The notes under the pieces were generated by a model. The model searched no databases and was not told the DNA's origin. It saw only the letters and a program-made list of their open reading frames with translations. This document shows, one piece after another, positions 10,301-19,365 of a stretch of 62,256 nt of DNA. Origin of the DNA: a virus (taxonomy: Duplodnaviria; Caudoviricetes); the IMG/VR virus record IMGVR_UViG_3300035701_000029, positions 1 through 62,256 of that record, one strand, 5' to 3'. Each line of letters begins with the position of its first letter. Position 1 is the stretch's first letter. Made by a program: the position numbers and the translations under genes.

Positions 10301-13300
10301 AAGCAACCAAAGTTTTTCTGACTTGGACGGAATCGGTTTGAATCTTGAGTTGTTCAAATTCTAGCCTATTTATCTTTCCTTGAATTTGTCTAATCTCTTC
10401 ATTCAATTTTTCTTCTGTACCAGTAGCTTCAGCCGCAATTCGTTTTTCTTTAGATTGTGCCCTAGCTAAAGATTCTTGGTTAGCTACTAGTTCACCCTGT
10501 AGAGATGAATTAAGATTTTGTAGTTCTTTTAATTGCTGTAAATAAAATCCCTGTAGGGCCTGAGCAGTGCGCTTAGCGTCTTTCTCTATCCCCTCAAAAG
10601 CCAATTGTTCCTGAATATCTTTTCTGGCGCTTATAACTCCTCTAACAATATGGTCGAATTCTTTTAGAAACTTAACCGAAAAATCAAAATCTTCAAAAGT
10701 GTGAATAACCCCTTCTACCTCATCGGCCAAGTATCCTAGAGCTTTAGCCCCTGCTCTAGCATCTGATAACGTAAGGATGTTGGACTCTGACTCTAATGAC
10801 CCTAAACTTTCTGTTATACCGTTGATAACTCTATCAAGGTTAATACTTGGTATTCTTTGTACGTCTAAAAACAACTTATTTATTCTGCCTGATAGGTTAT
10901 TTAAATCTGTAGTTAGTTTAGTAGGGTCAATTCCACTCTGAAGATTTTTTCTAAACTCACTATAGGCTTTTTCAATAGATTCTAATGTGGCTATTGCGTT
11001 TAACCTACTGTTTTGAAGAGTAGCAATAAATTCTTTTCTAATGGGCTCTGGAAGCTCCTTATCTAAATTATGGCCTAAGGTATCATAAGAAGATTCAAGG
11101 TCTTCGAATAAGGATTTTGCTTCTGAAATAATACTACCCAATTGAGATAGGTTAAGCTTTTTGGCTAAATCAATTGGTTCTAGGTTTTCTAAACCAGACG
11201 GTGGCGTTAGCTGTTTAATTGGGACTAAATTAAACTTTTCACTTGCCAAGCCTGCTTCATTTAGCCTACCAACTAGTGCTTCTAATTTTTTATTTGGCTC
11301 TGAAAACAGTTGATCGCTATTTTTTTCTACCTCAGTAACAGAATCTCTAACTCTAGACAAGGTGCCGATTTGTTCTTCAAGGGCATCTGTGTTTTTCTTT
11401 AACCTTTGGAATAAAGAATCTTCTTTATTAATCCTAGAATTAAGAAGATTAACTTGTTCTACAGTTCCTAGCGCTAACTGTTTCTGGGCCTTAAGTTGTT
11501 CATCAAAAGATAAAGATTGAAGTCGTGCTAATTCCTGTGAGGTTGTAATCTTTTCTTTCTCTAATACTTGGTTAGCCTGTAAAAGTTTATTTCTCTGAGA
11601 GGCTTTTTGTTCTTCTACCGCGTCACTACTATCCTGTTTTTCTAGTGCAATAAGAGATTTTAATGCCTCTCTCCTATTTTTGAGTGCCTTATTAAGTTCA
11701 TTCTGTCTGGTCATTAACGCCGCTACAGTAGAAAATATTGCCCTAGCTTGTTCTTCTGAGGTAACCGCAGTATCGTCCGCTACCCCTTCGTATTCTTTTT
11801 GCCTGAACATAAGAAGGGTTAGCGCTACAAAAGCAGCATCTAGCGCAATCACCCAAAGATTGAAGCTTTTAAGAAGAGCCCCCATTCCTAGAATGCGGGC
11901 TTTTGTAACAGACATTTGAACTTTCTGTGCCGCGGCATTTTTCAATTCTGCCGCAGTAAGTCTATTCATCATAGCTACAGTAAGCTTCATCAGCCCAAAT
12001 CGTTTAATCAATTTTTCATCAAGACCAAGAAGGCTCTTACCTATAGTGACATTAATAAAGCTATAGGCTTTGCTGGCAGTAATAGCTATAGCTAAGATAC
12101 CGACAAAAGCAGTGAAACCAGCAATCGCCTTAGTAAGAACTCCTCCTATTGACGTTAGGGCTTGTCCTAGAATATTGAACGCCCCTAAAAGTGCTTGAAC
12201 AGGCTTTATAAGTTCCCCGCCAATTGAATTTCTAACTGCGGATAGAGTTGCTCTTGTTCTATCTAAAACGGCTTGGAAAGTATTTAGCTGAGTACCAGCA
12301 GCAAAAATAGCCCTACCACTAGAATCTAAACTCGTAGCCACCGCGTTTTGCACAGTAGCAAAGTTATCAATTAAGGCGGTGAAGTCTACATATCGTCTAA
12401 TGCCGCTAGCAGTTAGGGCAATATTCTTTTTCTGGGCTTCTGATAAATCTGCCCACTTACCAGAAAGGTCTTCAACTATATCTAAGAATGGTCTAAATCT
12501 TCCTTTAGCGTCTAATACTGCTACACCAATATCTTGGAAGGCTTGTATTGTCTCTTCTCTTGGGAGTCTAGCTAAAATAGTTTTAAGAGATTGGGCAATT
12601 TCTTTACCAGTTTTTCTAGTAACTGCCCCAACGCCAGCAACAATACCGTTTAGTTCATCTATGGTAACTCTGAAGTCTTTAGCAACAATGCCAATTGCCT
12701 CAAGGCTTTCCATTAAGTCTTTTGCAGTAACGGGGAAATCTGCTTGGACAGCTATCCACTTATTTACAATGTCGGTTGTTTCGGACGCAGTCATCCCATA
12801 TGAAAAGATCGCACTAGTAAGAGCTTCCACTACATCTGTGGCCGCTACATTGGTAGCATTAGAAGCTAAGAGCGCTGCTTGGGTGGCTTTTATAATTTCA
12901 TTGGAACGCAACCCAACTTGTGCCCATTGGGTAAAAACATCAATGACTTCTTTTACGCCTTTAGCATACGTTTGGGCAAAATTAAACGCCTGCGCTTTCA
13001 TATCGCCCATAGTATCTACTACAGGTCTTAACACTTTTTGAAGTTGGGCAAATGAGTTTTGGATATCTGCAAACTCTTTAACAGAATCTCTAACTTCATC
13101 CATTGTGCCACGGATCAAGAAGAAAGCTACGCGATATCTTAACAGCTTGCCAATAGCAATACCTATGCGCTCATTAAGCTTGTCTTGTTCCAACCGCATA
13201 TTTTTAGTAGCATCTGCTGCCCTAAGAGTAGCGGCTTGCTGTGCTTTAAGATGGGTAACCTGTTTTTGAGATGCGTCTCCTACTTTCTTCAAAGAGGTTA

Positions 13301-14060
13301 CAGTCCCCTCAATGATTTTACCAAAAGCATCCCAATCTGTGCCACCCTTTTGTGGGAAAGCCTCTTTCATTAACCTAAGTTTTTTAATGACGGCAGTGAC
13401 TATTTTGCCTAAATCATTTAGCCCACCAACTTGATCTTTAAAATCAAGTCCTTTTTGTTTGGCTATATCAGCCCAATTTTTTTCTAGTAAATCAAGGGCT
13501 CTAGCTGCGGCTATGATTTCATCTGTCATGCCTTTTAGCTTGCCAGTTTTCATTCCCGCATCCATTTTGGATTTAAATCCAGTTAGGAATGAAGTGGTGC
13601 CCTGCATGATACCCTGCATGGTATCATTTACTTTTTCTGTCTCTTTGGTTGAACCAGCTACAGTAATTTTTTGGGCACGAACAACCGAATTGACTTTGCC
13701 TATTGCATCAGCTAATGCGTTTTGTGTTGCCCCAGCAGTTTTAGCAACATCTACATTCTCCTTCATGACGGTATTGACGCCTCTTATACCGCCTGTCAGA
13801 GATTCACTAGCGCTATTTAATCCCCCTGTAGCTGTTTCTAACTGTTTGATTACATCAGCTAAAGCTTTAGAACTAGCAGGATCTAGTTTACCCAGAATTT
13901 CATTGAGGATGCCTTTTTTGTCAACAGCACGACCAAGAATAGATTGGACATTTCTGATCTCACGCCCAACATTAAAGAAGAGTTTTTTGTATTGCTCTAG
14001 GACCGAATTAGCATTAAGAATCCTAAGCTGTATATTATGTTCTGTGGTATCTACAGCGAT
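7365..14060 (-). CDS. Tape measure protein with lytic transglycosylase (SLT) domain; probable ATC start at 14060 (first ATG at 13766)
   Basis: Over 2100 aa, helical. TP901-type TMP core ('GKEIAQSLKTILARL'). SLT motif 'AIVAAESG...DIGFAQVN...AIAGYNMGPGRV'. Gly/Ala-rich C-terminus. Frame stays open 98 codons upstream of the first ATG. Confidence 0.92.
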   Translation of the reverse strand: MAVDTTEHNIQLRILNANSVLEQYKKLFFNVGREIRNVQSILGRAVDKKGILNEILGKLDPASSKALADVIKQLETATGGLNSASESLTGGIRGVNTVMKENVDVAKTAGATQNALADAIGKVNSVVRAQKITVAGSTKETEKVNDTMQGIMQGTTSFLTGFKSKMDAGMKTGKLKGMTDEIIAAARALDLLEKNWADIAKQKGLDFKDQVGGLNDLGKIVTAVIKKLRLMKEAFPQKGGTDWDAFGKIIEGTVTSLKKVGDASQKQVTHLKAQQAATLRAADATKNMRLEQDKLNERIGIAIGKLLRYRVAFFLIRGTMDEVRDSVKEFADIQNSFAQLQKVLRPVVDTMGDMKAQAFNFAQTYAKGVKEVIDVFTQWAQVGLRSNEIIKATQAALLASNATNVAATDVVEALTSAIFSYGMTASETTDIVNKWIAVQADFPVTAKDLMESLEAIGIVAKDFRVTIDELNGIVAGVGAVTRKTGKEIAQSLKTILARLPREETIQAFQDIGVAVLDAKGRFRPFLDIVEDLSGKWADLSEAQKKNIALTASGIRRYVDFTALIDNFATVQNAVATSLDSSGRAIFAAGTQLNTFQAVLDRTRATLSAVRNSIGGELIKPVQALLGAFNILGQALTSIGGVLTKAIAGFTAFVGILAIAITASKAYSFINVTIGKSLLGLDEKLIKRFGLMKLTVAMMNRLTAAELKNAAAQKVQMSVTKARILGMGALLKSFNLWVIALDAAFVALTLLMFRQKEYEGVADDTAVTSEEQARAIFSTVAALMTRQNELNKALKNRREALKSLIALEKQDSSDAVEEQKASQRNKLLQANQVLEKEKITTSQELARLQSLSFDEQLKAQKQLALGTVEQVNLLNSRINKEDSLFQRLKKNTDALEEQIGTLSRVRDSVTEVEKNSDQLFSEPNKKLEALVGRLNEAGLASEKFNLVPIKQLTPPSGLENLEPIDLAKKLNLSQLGSIISEAKSLFEDLESSYDTLGHNLDKELPEPIRKEFIATLQNSRLNAIATLESIEKAYSEFRKNLQSGIDPTKLTTDLNNLSGRINKLFLDVQRIPSINLDRVINGITESLGSLESESNILTLSDARAGAKALGYLADEVEGVIHTFEDFDFSVKFLKEFDHIVRGVISARKDIQEQLAFEGIEKDAKRTAQALQGFYLQQLKELQNLNSSLQGELVANQESLARAQSKEKRIAAEATGTEEKLNEEIRQIQGKINRLEFEQLKIQTDSVQVRKTLVALVTEELRTMAQLSKEEAARELRIRDVEDFYEKQAKFAQLVGTRQELVLRIERDRLKTIARMRVDQILQTKDTETQAKLVEELGGLMIDLRKNAREISLEQLAKESERIVSLIGDIQNSISSAVASIPSVIVAGMDKRFELTQQIKEAEVSLQEAVSEGNAQAVTEAKKRLKDLNKELHDTRALVFEIKEVGKTLIEGLGSSINKFVSEKFAQQVVELEFKGSTLGDQVARSLATALGGLNKQYLRDLEGMLAGRENAEMKNFESFVSNLSDSFTTSEGNFTALYGQEEVIFNKFIMNLEGVFEHGAQKIGEAIHGEPLSLNAEDFIAKGADNIQAAIEGADLGLVNSDVLGKLDAFKKDFGTELNSAAEKFQLDPRLLAAIVAAESGVNQFAVNKNKDANGNVVSRDIGFAQVNTKTADSLGVSASELTDAGVNLTLAAQILRESIDTVKGGDLKAAIAGYNMGPGRVNQAGGIEGVSKEVRKHNDRVLAYLAAQLKQDGTQLSEMDAVESAVVKAQFDNRSALAKVSTELRKEYGLIGKDTTSAISKVSEQIANQKPPDISRAADTSIPIVKGLRPLSDIYSENKSSTKEMGKISDQISKQKPPEIPTADDFSDPIIRGFDPLSDIYSESKATTSALKEVSDLISKQKPPDIPTAEETSSPVVESLSPLPDIYTESTVHTDMFRQMIELMAQKQEPSIPLARGGAAPGEDFGDVSTRLLKATKEYSADEVKAVRDSAENWGKVFGEGLDPVGQTLENQREEVKNANERMLAYLVSTEDAIGRLRVTYEKIGEEYIVSLDQNIQGSTTKLKDVLNAGFGVLVNALGAAIGASVGGGSQAAAAGGQLGSAAGMALGAKLGTLGGPIGAIAGSVLGGIIGGFFGGKKEMKEYVPSIQANTDALTQNTLAIEQLQKQVINAPSNFNLPGFIPAAQGPAVSIGSITVNGTGNANQIANLVIDRIQTQYERGLRTGTTRRNGF
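8223..8636 (-). repeat. Three tandem 46-aa (138 bp) repeats inside the tape measure protein
   Basis: QKPP(D/E)I...P(L)SDIY(S/T)E...ISK unit recurs at 138-nt spacing (~8350, ~8488, ~8626). Confidence 0.9.
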
Positions 14061-14066
14061 AGGTCA

Positions 14067-14384
14067 TCACTCCATTCTAAAATGATCTCGGTCACCGCGT
14101 TTGTTCTTTTTGCGATCACGTTCTTTTCTTCTTTCAAGATCGTCGAGCCAGTCTTCTAGCAATATATCATACGGAACTATATCGTCTGGGGGACGTTCAT
14201 CTTCCAAAGTGCTGTAGACTCTATATTGATAGAATCGAAGCCAGTTTGTAAAAAGCACTTTGTTCACATCCCAGTCAACAATTTCGCCCGGGAATAGATT
14301 TGTGTGTAGATCAGAAGCCAGACTGAATTTTAACTTCCAGATTGGCTCTCTTGCGACTGCTCTAAGGGTGGCTCCCCAATGAAA
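14067..14384 (-). CDS. Tail assembly chaperone C-terminal extension (GT-like, likely reached by -1 frameshift)
   Basis: Frame is open from 14384 (…LRAVAREPIWKLKFSLASDLHTNLFPGEIVDWDVNKVLFTNWLRFYQ…PPDDIVPYDILLEDW). It overlaps the end of 14330..15046 in the -1 frame and sits between the chaperone and tape measure genes. Confidence 0.65.
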   Translation of the reverse strand, partial: FHWGATLRAVAREPIWKLKFSLASDLHTNLFPGEIVDWDVNKVLFTNWLRFYQYRVYSTLEDERPPDDIVPYDILLEDWLDDLERRKERDRKKNKRGDRDHFRME

Positions 14385-15046
14385 TCATCATCAGGGAGCA
14401 CAGAAAGAACCCCCTGAGGAAGTCCGGCCCAAAATACCATCGCTTCCTGCAGGAGCTTAAAGATCGCCAAACGATTAGATTCTTTCTTGAACTCAGCATA
14501 GTCAGTCCACAAAGATTTCCCGTCTAAGTCAAAAATACAATGAAATAATTTGCATTTCAGAGACTCAATCTCGGCTACTCCTTCAACGGTATTCTGCATG
14601 AAGTTATTCTTCCGAGTGAGCAAATCAGTTTTATCTTTCTTAACGCCACTATATTCTTTCTTGAGTTCTTCAAGGCGCACTTTATTAACACGTTTCTTGG
14701 AATGCATTGTCTGGCCTTCGCGCATTAGATCGCTAAGCCTTAGATCAAGCTCTTCCATCTTTCCTTCTTCCGCCTTAGTCCAAATACCCCTCTCGGCAAG
14801 AAGCTTTTCCATCTCACTCTCAGTTAGAACTTTCTTTTCTGAGGTGAGTAGTTCGTTCAGCTTAGTCATATAGGCATGGCTAGCTTGAGAATCAGCTTCT
14901 ACACTTGGGAAGGTAATCTTGATTTGCTTGTTTTGTTCGCCGTGAAATTCTTCTAGGGTTGTAAGTCTAAACCCCTGGCGAATTTCTTTCTCTGCGGTCT
15001 TAAGAGACTCGACAGAAAAAGCCTCTCCTAAATCTGTAAACGACAT
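14330..15046 (-). CDS. Tail assembly chaperone (G-like)
   Basis: 238 aa, charged and helical, between the tail tube and tape measure genes. Confidence 0.7.
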   Translation of the reverse strand: MSFTDLGEAFSVESLKTAEKEIRQGFRLTTLEEFHGEQNKQIKITFPSVEADSQASHAYMTKLNELLTSEKKVLTESEMEKLLAERGIWTKAEEGKMEELDLRLSDLMREGQTMHSKKRVNKVRLEELKKEYSGVKKDKTDLLTRKNNFMQNTVEGVAEIESLKCKLFHCIFDLDGKSLWTDYAEFKKESNRLAIFKLLQEAMVFWAGLPQGVLSVLPDDDFIGEPPLEQSQESQSGS

Positions 15047-15067
15047 ATAGCCCTTTCCTTTCCTGCA

Positions 15068-15092
15068 ATGAAGGGGGGATTAGCTCCCCCCA
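15068..15092 (-). terminator. GC hairpin after the major tail gene (TGGGG...CCCTTCAT family)
   Basis: Minus strand tggggggagctaatccccccttcat. Confidence 0.55.
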
Positions 15093-15096
15093 TATT

Positions 15097-16578
15097 TTAC
15101 GGAGCGACGCCAGAACCAGTGAGGGTCAAGTTATCTGCAAGGAATGTAACTTCCTGTGCTGCGTTTCCGCCAACTGAGACACTATAAGAATCTCCGCTTA
15201 CAGTCATATTGGTGACCGTAATCGTCTCCAACAGAATGTTCTTGGCACGATCCTTATAGACCTCAATTCTAAGCTGATTCGATCCATTGAATAGCCCAGT
15301 ATAGAGTTCACCAGCAACGGCCGATTCAAAGTCTCTTCCTGCGAGACGTCCCCACATATCAATATCGCTATCGTTAGCGGTTACCGTTACAGTAACCTCT
15401 GCCGGAGGAATACGAACAACCCCGTAGTACTGAAAGGTCCCCAGTTCCTCAAGGTTCTCCGAAGTCAACGACACATCAACTGCAACTGTCTGCAAACGAA
15501 GTGCCTTACCAGCAAGAGTATAAGTGGTTTCACCTACAGTGACCGAATTCCAAAGCCATGCAGTAATATATCCCTTACCAACACCACCATAACTTCCAGC
15601 GGTGCTAACAAGTGCATACCCTGGGTCTGCGCTATCTAAAGCATTACCAGACCACGTTTGGCTAGCTTGCGGTCTATAGACTAAGTAAACATCGTCTCCT
15701 TCTCTACAGAGAGGAGTTGAAGCCCACTTAGGCCAAGTGCTAGTAGCAATCGTGACCACACCTCTCATGTTTCGAGAAGTACTGAAATAGAAATCTCCAT
15801 AGCCCTTAACATAGGGAGATGTAGGAGAATACGCCGAACGGTATACTTCATTACCGGCAATTAAGGCAACTGGCAAAATATCAAAGTCAAAAGTTTGGTT
15901 AGGATAAGTGCTAGCGCCAATTGCAGAGCCCAAACGCCCAAATGCCTGGCAAGTACCTTTAACAACGCCGTCTCTGTTATTCATCATATAGGTTCTAGTA
16001 GCAGTTACAGTATGCCCTATATGCCAGTCGGTCAGCTTAAACAAGCGTACATCACCAAGGACACCAAAATACCAGTTCTTCTCAAATGAAGAAAGCGTGA
16101 AGTTTTCACTGGCAAGTCCACCGACATCAAAATTTAAACTGTATCCTGTAAGAGCAGCGCGCGGTAGAATCATTGCTCTAGCTACGCTAGTGCTCCCCTC
16201 AAGAATGGGAACCGCAATACTACAATACGCATCAAGCATATTGAGTGCAGTAACCGTCCTATAGGAAGGATTGGATGTTGCAAGCTTCTGTGAATAAAAT
16301 CCGCGCCTGCGATCTGCATAATTGCTGATAGCTGCACGTTCAATTACCATATTCGAAATAAGAGCCGCATTGTCCACACACCCATAAAGGTTAGTGTCAA
16401 TTGTCACCGACACAGTAGGACTCTGATCTACATAATCCACGATGCCGCTATTAGCTAATTCCAGAATTCGCTCCTGGGGGATATCAGAATCCGCGCTAAA
16501 ATTCTGCACCCTCTTGAGTTGAACTCCGTCCACTAATATCGCTGCTCCAGAATATCTAACTTTTTCTGGCTTAGCCAT
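15097..16578 (-). CDS. Major tail (tube) protein with central insertion
   Basis: 493 aa. N- and C-terminal halves look alike ('RVQNFSADSD..ELANSG', 'RLQTVAVDVS..ELGTF'; 'YSLNFDVGGLASENFTL', 'YSVSVGGNAAQEVTF'). Position before the chaperone and TMP genes. Confidence 0.75.
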   Translation of the reverse strand: MAKPEKVRYSGAAILVDGVQLKRVQNFSADSDIPQERILELANSGIVDYVDQSPTVSVTIDTNLYGCVDNAALISNMVIERAAISNYADRRRGFYSQKLATSNPSYRTVTALNMLDAYCSIAVPILEGSTSVARAMILPRAALTGYSLNFDVGGLASENFTLSSFEKNWYFGVLGDVRLFKLTDWHIGHTVTATRTYMMNNRDGVVKGTCQAFGRLGSAIGASTYPNQTFDFDILPVALIAGNEVYRSAYSPTSPYVKGYGDFYFSTSRNMRGVVTIATSTWPKWASTPLCREGDDVYLVYRPQASQTWSGNALDSADPGYALVSTAGSYGGVGKGYITAWLWNSVTVGETTYTLAGKALRLQTVAVDVSLTSENLEELGTFQYYGVVRIPPAEVTVTVTANDSDIDMWGRLAGRDFESAVAGELYTGLFNGSNQLRIEVYKDRAKNILLETITVTNMTVSGDSYSVSVGGNAAQEVTFLADNLTLTGSGVAP

Positions 16579-16587
16579 TTCTGCCTC

Positions 16588-17079
16588 CTAATCTACGCTC
16601 AAATAACCGGTTATTACTATCAAAGCGTGATGCTTTTCAGCTTCAATATTTGTAAAATTTTCTGGTGTAAGAACTACCATTGTACCTGGACTAAAAGTAA
16701 TTGTTCCATAAGTTGCTATTCCGCTATAATCTCCCAAAACTGTAGGGAACCCACCTGAGTCAAAGTTGTAGTAAACAATGCTGTTCTCACTTAGGGCATC
16801 CCATATTGCATAGGCTATATCGTCCCTCTGCCCATCTCTGTGTGCTAAAACGTCTAATTCCCACGTTATATTCAGGGCCGACCTGGACCCTAATTGCACA
16901 GGTAGAGCACCACCTACACTACTTTGTACGGTGACTACTGGAAAAACTGTAATTTCATCTAAGTTATCGGGATAGCCGTCCATTACAGTATATGAGCCAC
17001 TGGTAAACTTAAGGATATTTTCCATAATTTCTCGGACTTTATAAATTAGGGAAATGTCAGCGGCTCTAAATTTTAACAT
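16588..17079 (-). CDS. Tail terminator / completion protein
   Basis: 163 aa, 'DGYPD...FPVVTVQ...WELDVLA..DGQRDDIA'; immediately upstream of the tail tube gene. Confidence 0.65.
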   Translation of the reverse strand: MLKFRAADISLIYKVREIMENILKFTSGSYTVMDGYPDNLDEITVFPVVTVQSSVGGALPVQLGSRSALNITWELDVLAHRDGQRDDIAYAIWDALSENSIVYYNFDSGGFPTVLGDYSGIATYGTITFSPGTMVVLTPENFTNIEAEKHHALIVITGYLSVD

Positions 17080-17083
17080 AATT

Positions 17084-17851
17084 TCACCTAAGTATCTTTA
17101 AAGTTTTATAGTTAGCGTCGAAGTTGGCCCGCGCCATAACTTCTTTAAATTCTTGCGCAAAGTACTGTGAGCCATTAGCTTCAAGCCAACCTAATCCAGC
17201 AGCAAAGAACTTCCTAGGCTGTATTCCTGGATGTTCAAACTCAATGGTTACTTTATTTTTAATCCTGGACAAATATGATGCCTTCTTAGAAACAAGCTTG
17301 ATTTTCTTTTTACCAAAGAAGCTCTGAATCTCTGCTTTTCTTTGACCCGAATCTTTGCTTGCGGGCATTGTCATATAACTATTGGCTATATTAGCCGTAT
17401 CTTGGGTGGTGGTGAAAGTCACATTATGCTGTGCTTTCCCCCCTCCAACATTCACTCCAACTACCATGTATTCTTGTTTTCTAGTAGTAGGCTTAATCCC
17501 ATATTCTTGGAAAGCCCAGTACTTAGGCAGTTGCCCCCCTATAAGAACCGTTACATCTCCTGAATTATCCATGAAGGGTCCTAGGCGTCTTATAGAAGCT
17601 CTTAACCTACCCGTTTGTCTAGCTGAGTTCTTGTTACTCCTGGTTGCGTCAAACCTAGAAATGACTGATTCTAAAACCTTATCACCCATGCGCTTAGCTA
17701 TACCATATGTGCTATAATAGCCCCGATCTTTAATTCTAGCCGCAAGGGCTTCGGCAAAAGCAGTTAGCTTCCCATCTTCCACAAGATCCCACTGCATTTG
17801 GGCTGCTATCTGTAAAGCCGGAGTCCAGTCAATGTTAAACGTGCTACTCAT
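17084..17851 (-). CDS. Neck / tail-completion protein (HK97 gp10-like)
   Basis: 'TGRLRASI', 'YWAFQEYG' and 'HPGIQPRKFF' motifs typical of gp10-like proteins. Confidence 0.7.
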   Translation of the reverse strand: MSSTFNIDWTPALQIAAQMQWDLVEDGKLTAFAEALAARIKDRGYYSTYGIAKRMGDKVLESVISRFDATRSNKNSARQTGRLRASIRRLGPFMDNSGDVTVLIGGQLPKYWAFQEYGIKPTTRKQEYMVVGVNVGGGKAQHNVTFTTTQDTANIANSYMTMPASKDSGQRKAEIQSFFGKKKIKLVSKKASYLSRIKNKVTIEFEHPGIQPRKFFAAGLGWLEANGSQYFAQEFKEVMARANFDANYKTLKILR

Positions 17852-18059
17852 CTTTTTCTATTGTAGTGTTTTTAAAATATTCCACGAAATCTCTTCTCAT
17901 CTCGTTAAGCTCATCGACAATTACTTTCCTAATCTTGGCTTTGTCTTCGCTATGAAGATTTGCCATATCTAAAACTGCTAAAACTTTTTTAAGTCCCTGA
18001 TTCGTGCGCCTAATTGTCAATTCTTCTAATGGAGAGTAAAACTCTACTACAAATTTCAC
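17844..18059 (-). CDS. Hypothetical protein (71 aa)
   Basis: ORF overlapping both neighbours in the connector module. Confidence 0.6.
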   Translation of the reverse strand: MKFVVEFYSPLEELTIRRTNQGLKKVLAVLDMANLHSEDKAKIRKVIVDELNEMRRDFVEYFKNTTIEKDE

Positions 18060-18559
18060 GGGTCTGATTTCTCCCTAATCCGAACAAGTGTCACCTCAAT
18101 TATGGATAGGTCATCTATTCCAAATCTTTTTTCATCTTTTGGTTTATAGTAAGTACCGTCTACTACAACACGTTGAGCCCCTTTAAACATACTAGCTGAA
18201 GTAGAAACCCATGGATTCACAAGAACATCTGGTAGCTTCATTGTAATTCTAGCATCACCGTCTGGGGCTACTTGGTACAACGTATTTCCATCTTTGTAAT
18301 AACTAAGAGACCCAATTCTTTTATCTACAAAAGCCTTAATGAATGTTTCAGTATGGCTATAAACTCTCCCTGTACCATCGCAAGTAGAACATGAGGGGTT
18401 TGTAGCTTCTTTATTTATAGGGTCCCAATCGCATGAGGGGCAAGCTGTATCCGTTCTATAGAATATAGAGATATTACGGCCATAAGCATCAATCATATGG
18501 TATAGATTGCGCTTGTATAGCCGATCGTATAGTTTTCTAGTTCTGTCCCATCTAGCCAT
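18056..18559 (-). CDS. Head closure / head-tail joining protein with CxxC...CxxC motif
   Basis: 167 aa, 'CPSCDWDP...CSTCDGTG'; connector module synteny. Confidence 0.6.
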   Translation of the reverse strand: MARWDRTRKLYDRLYKRNLYHMIDAYGRNISIFYRTDTACPSCDWDPINKEATNPSCSTCDGTGRVYSHTETFIKAFVDKRIGSLSYYKDGNTLYQVAPDGDARITMKLPDVLVNPWVSTSASMFKGAQRVVVDGTYYKPKDEKRFGIDDLSIIEVTLVRIREKSDP

Positions 18560-19365
18560 TAGTATTCACTTACCTCTAAGTCAGCAATAGAATAATTATT
18601 TATCAGGACACCACTCGCCCCATTTATCTTAAGGTCGAATTCTAACTTATTAAGGTCTTCATTTAGAAGTTTAAGGTATTCTGTTTGTGCTCTTAAGCCA
18701 GTAGCTAAATTAAAATTGATATCGCCAGCGTTAATGTTCCCAGTACCAAAAACATTCAGTCGGACTTGAGCTTCCATAATCATCTTTACCGTATTTGCCA
18801 AATACCAATTGCGAGCCGCAACAAGCAAGTCGGCATTCTGTCCACCATATTGAAAGTCTATTCTACCGCTTCTATCGTTACCGGCTGTGCTGATTACGAC
18901 ATTGTACCCAAAATCATAAACAGAATTAGCTCTGCCAACTCCGTCCTGTACATAGTAATTAATATCTTCTGTTGCAATTAGATAGGCGTCTTCATAGGTA
19001 TCACCTATTGCGTTTCTAACTGAGCGGACAAAAGACCTTCCTACAGAAGTTGAAGAATATATGATGGGTATGTCTATGACATCAAAATAGACAGGATCGT
19101 CCATAGTGATAAGAGCACCGTTGATGTACCCCTCGAACCAAGCTTGATACACACCGCGTTCTGTTGCATAAGCAGTAGATGCGGTAAAATTGTAGAAGTA
19201 GACCCCTACGGCCTCAAAAGTACATGCAGCACTAGAGACCACTTGTTCACCCAGGGGGTTGTAGACTACTACTCTCGGGTTTGTAGGGTCTACGAGCTTA
19301 TTGTCAACATCTCGAAATTCCACATAGATTCGTTCTTGTTGACCACTAAGAATTTTCTTACCCAT
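18559..19365 (-). CDS. Head-tail adaptor with N-terminal Ig-like domain
   Basis: N-terminal 'EFRDVDNKLVDP...GVYFYNF...GVYQAWF' beta domain; C-terminal 'VRNAIGDT...EDINYYV' adaptor-like part. Confidence 0.6.
   Translation of the reverse strand: MGKKILSGQQERIYVEFRDVDNKLVDPTNPRVVVYNPLGEQVVSSAACTFEAVGVYFYNFTASTAYATERGVYQAWFEGYINGALITMDDPVYFDVIDIPIIYSSTSVGRSFVRSVRNAIGDTYEDAYLIATEDINYYVQDGVGRANSVYDFGYNVVISTAGNDRSGRIDFQYGGQNADLLVAARNWYLANTVKMIMEAQVRLNVFGTGNINAGDINFNLATGLRAQTEYLKLLNEDLNKLEFDLKINGASGVLINNYSIADLEVSEY

Noticed and set aside
12379-14085. Long plus-strand ORFs (12379..13041, 13459..14085) and other antisense ORFs in the track
   Set aside because: Shadow frames antisense to well-supported minus-strand genes, with no recognisable motifs.
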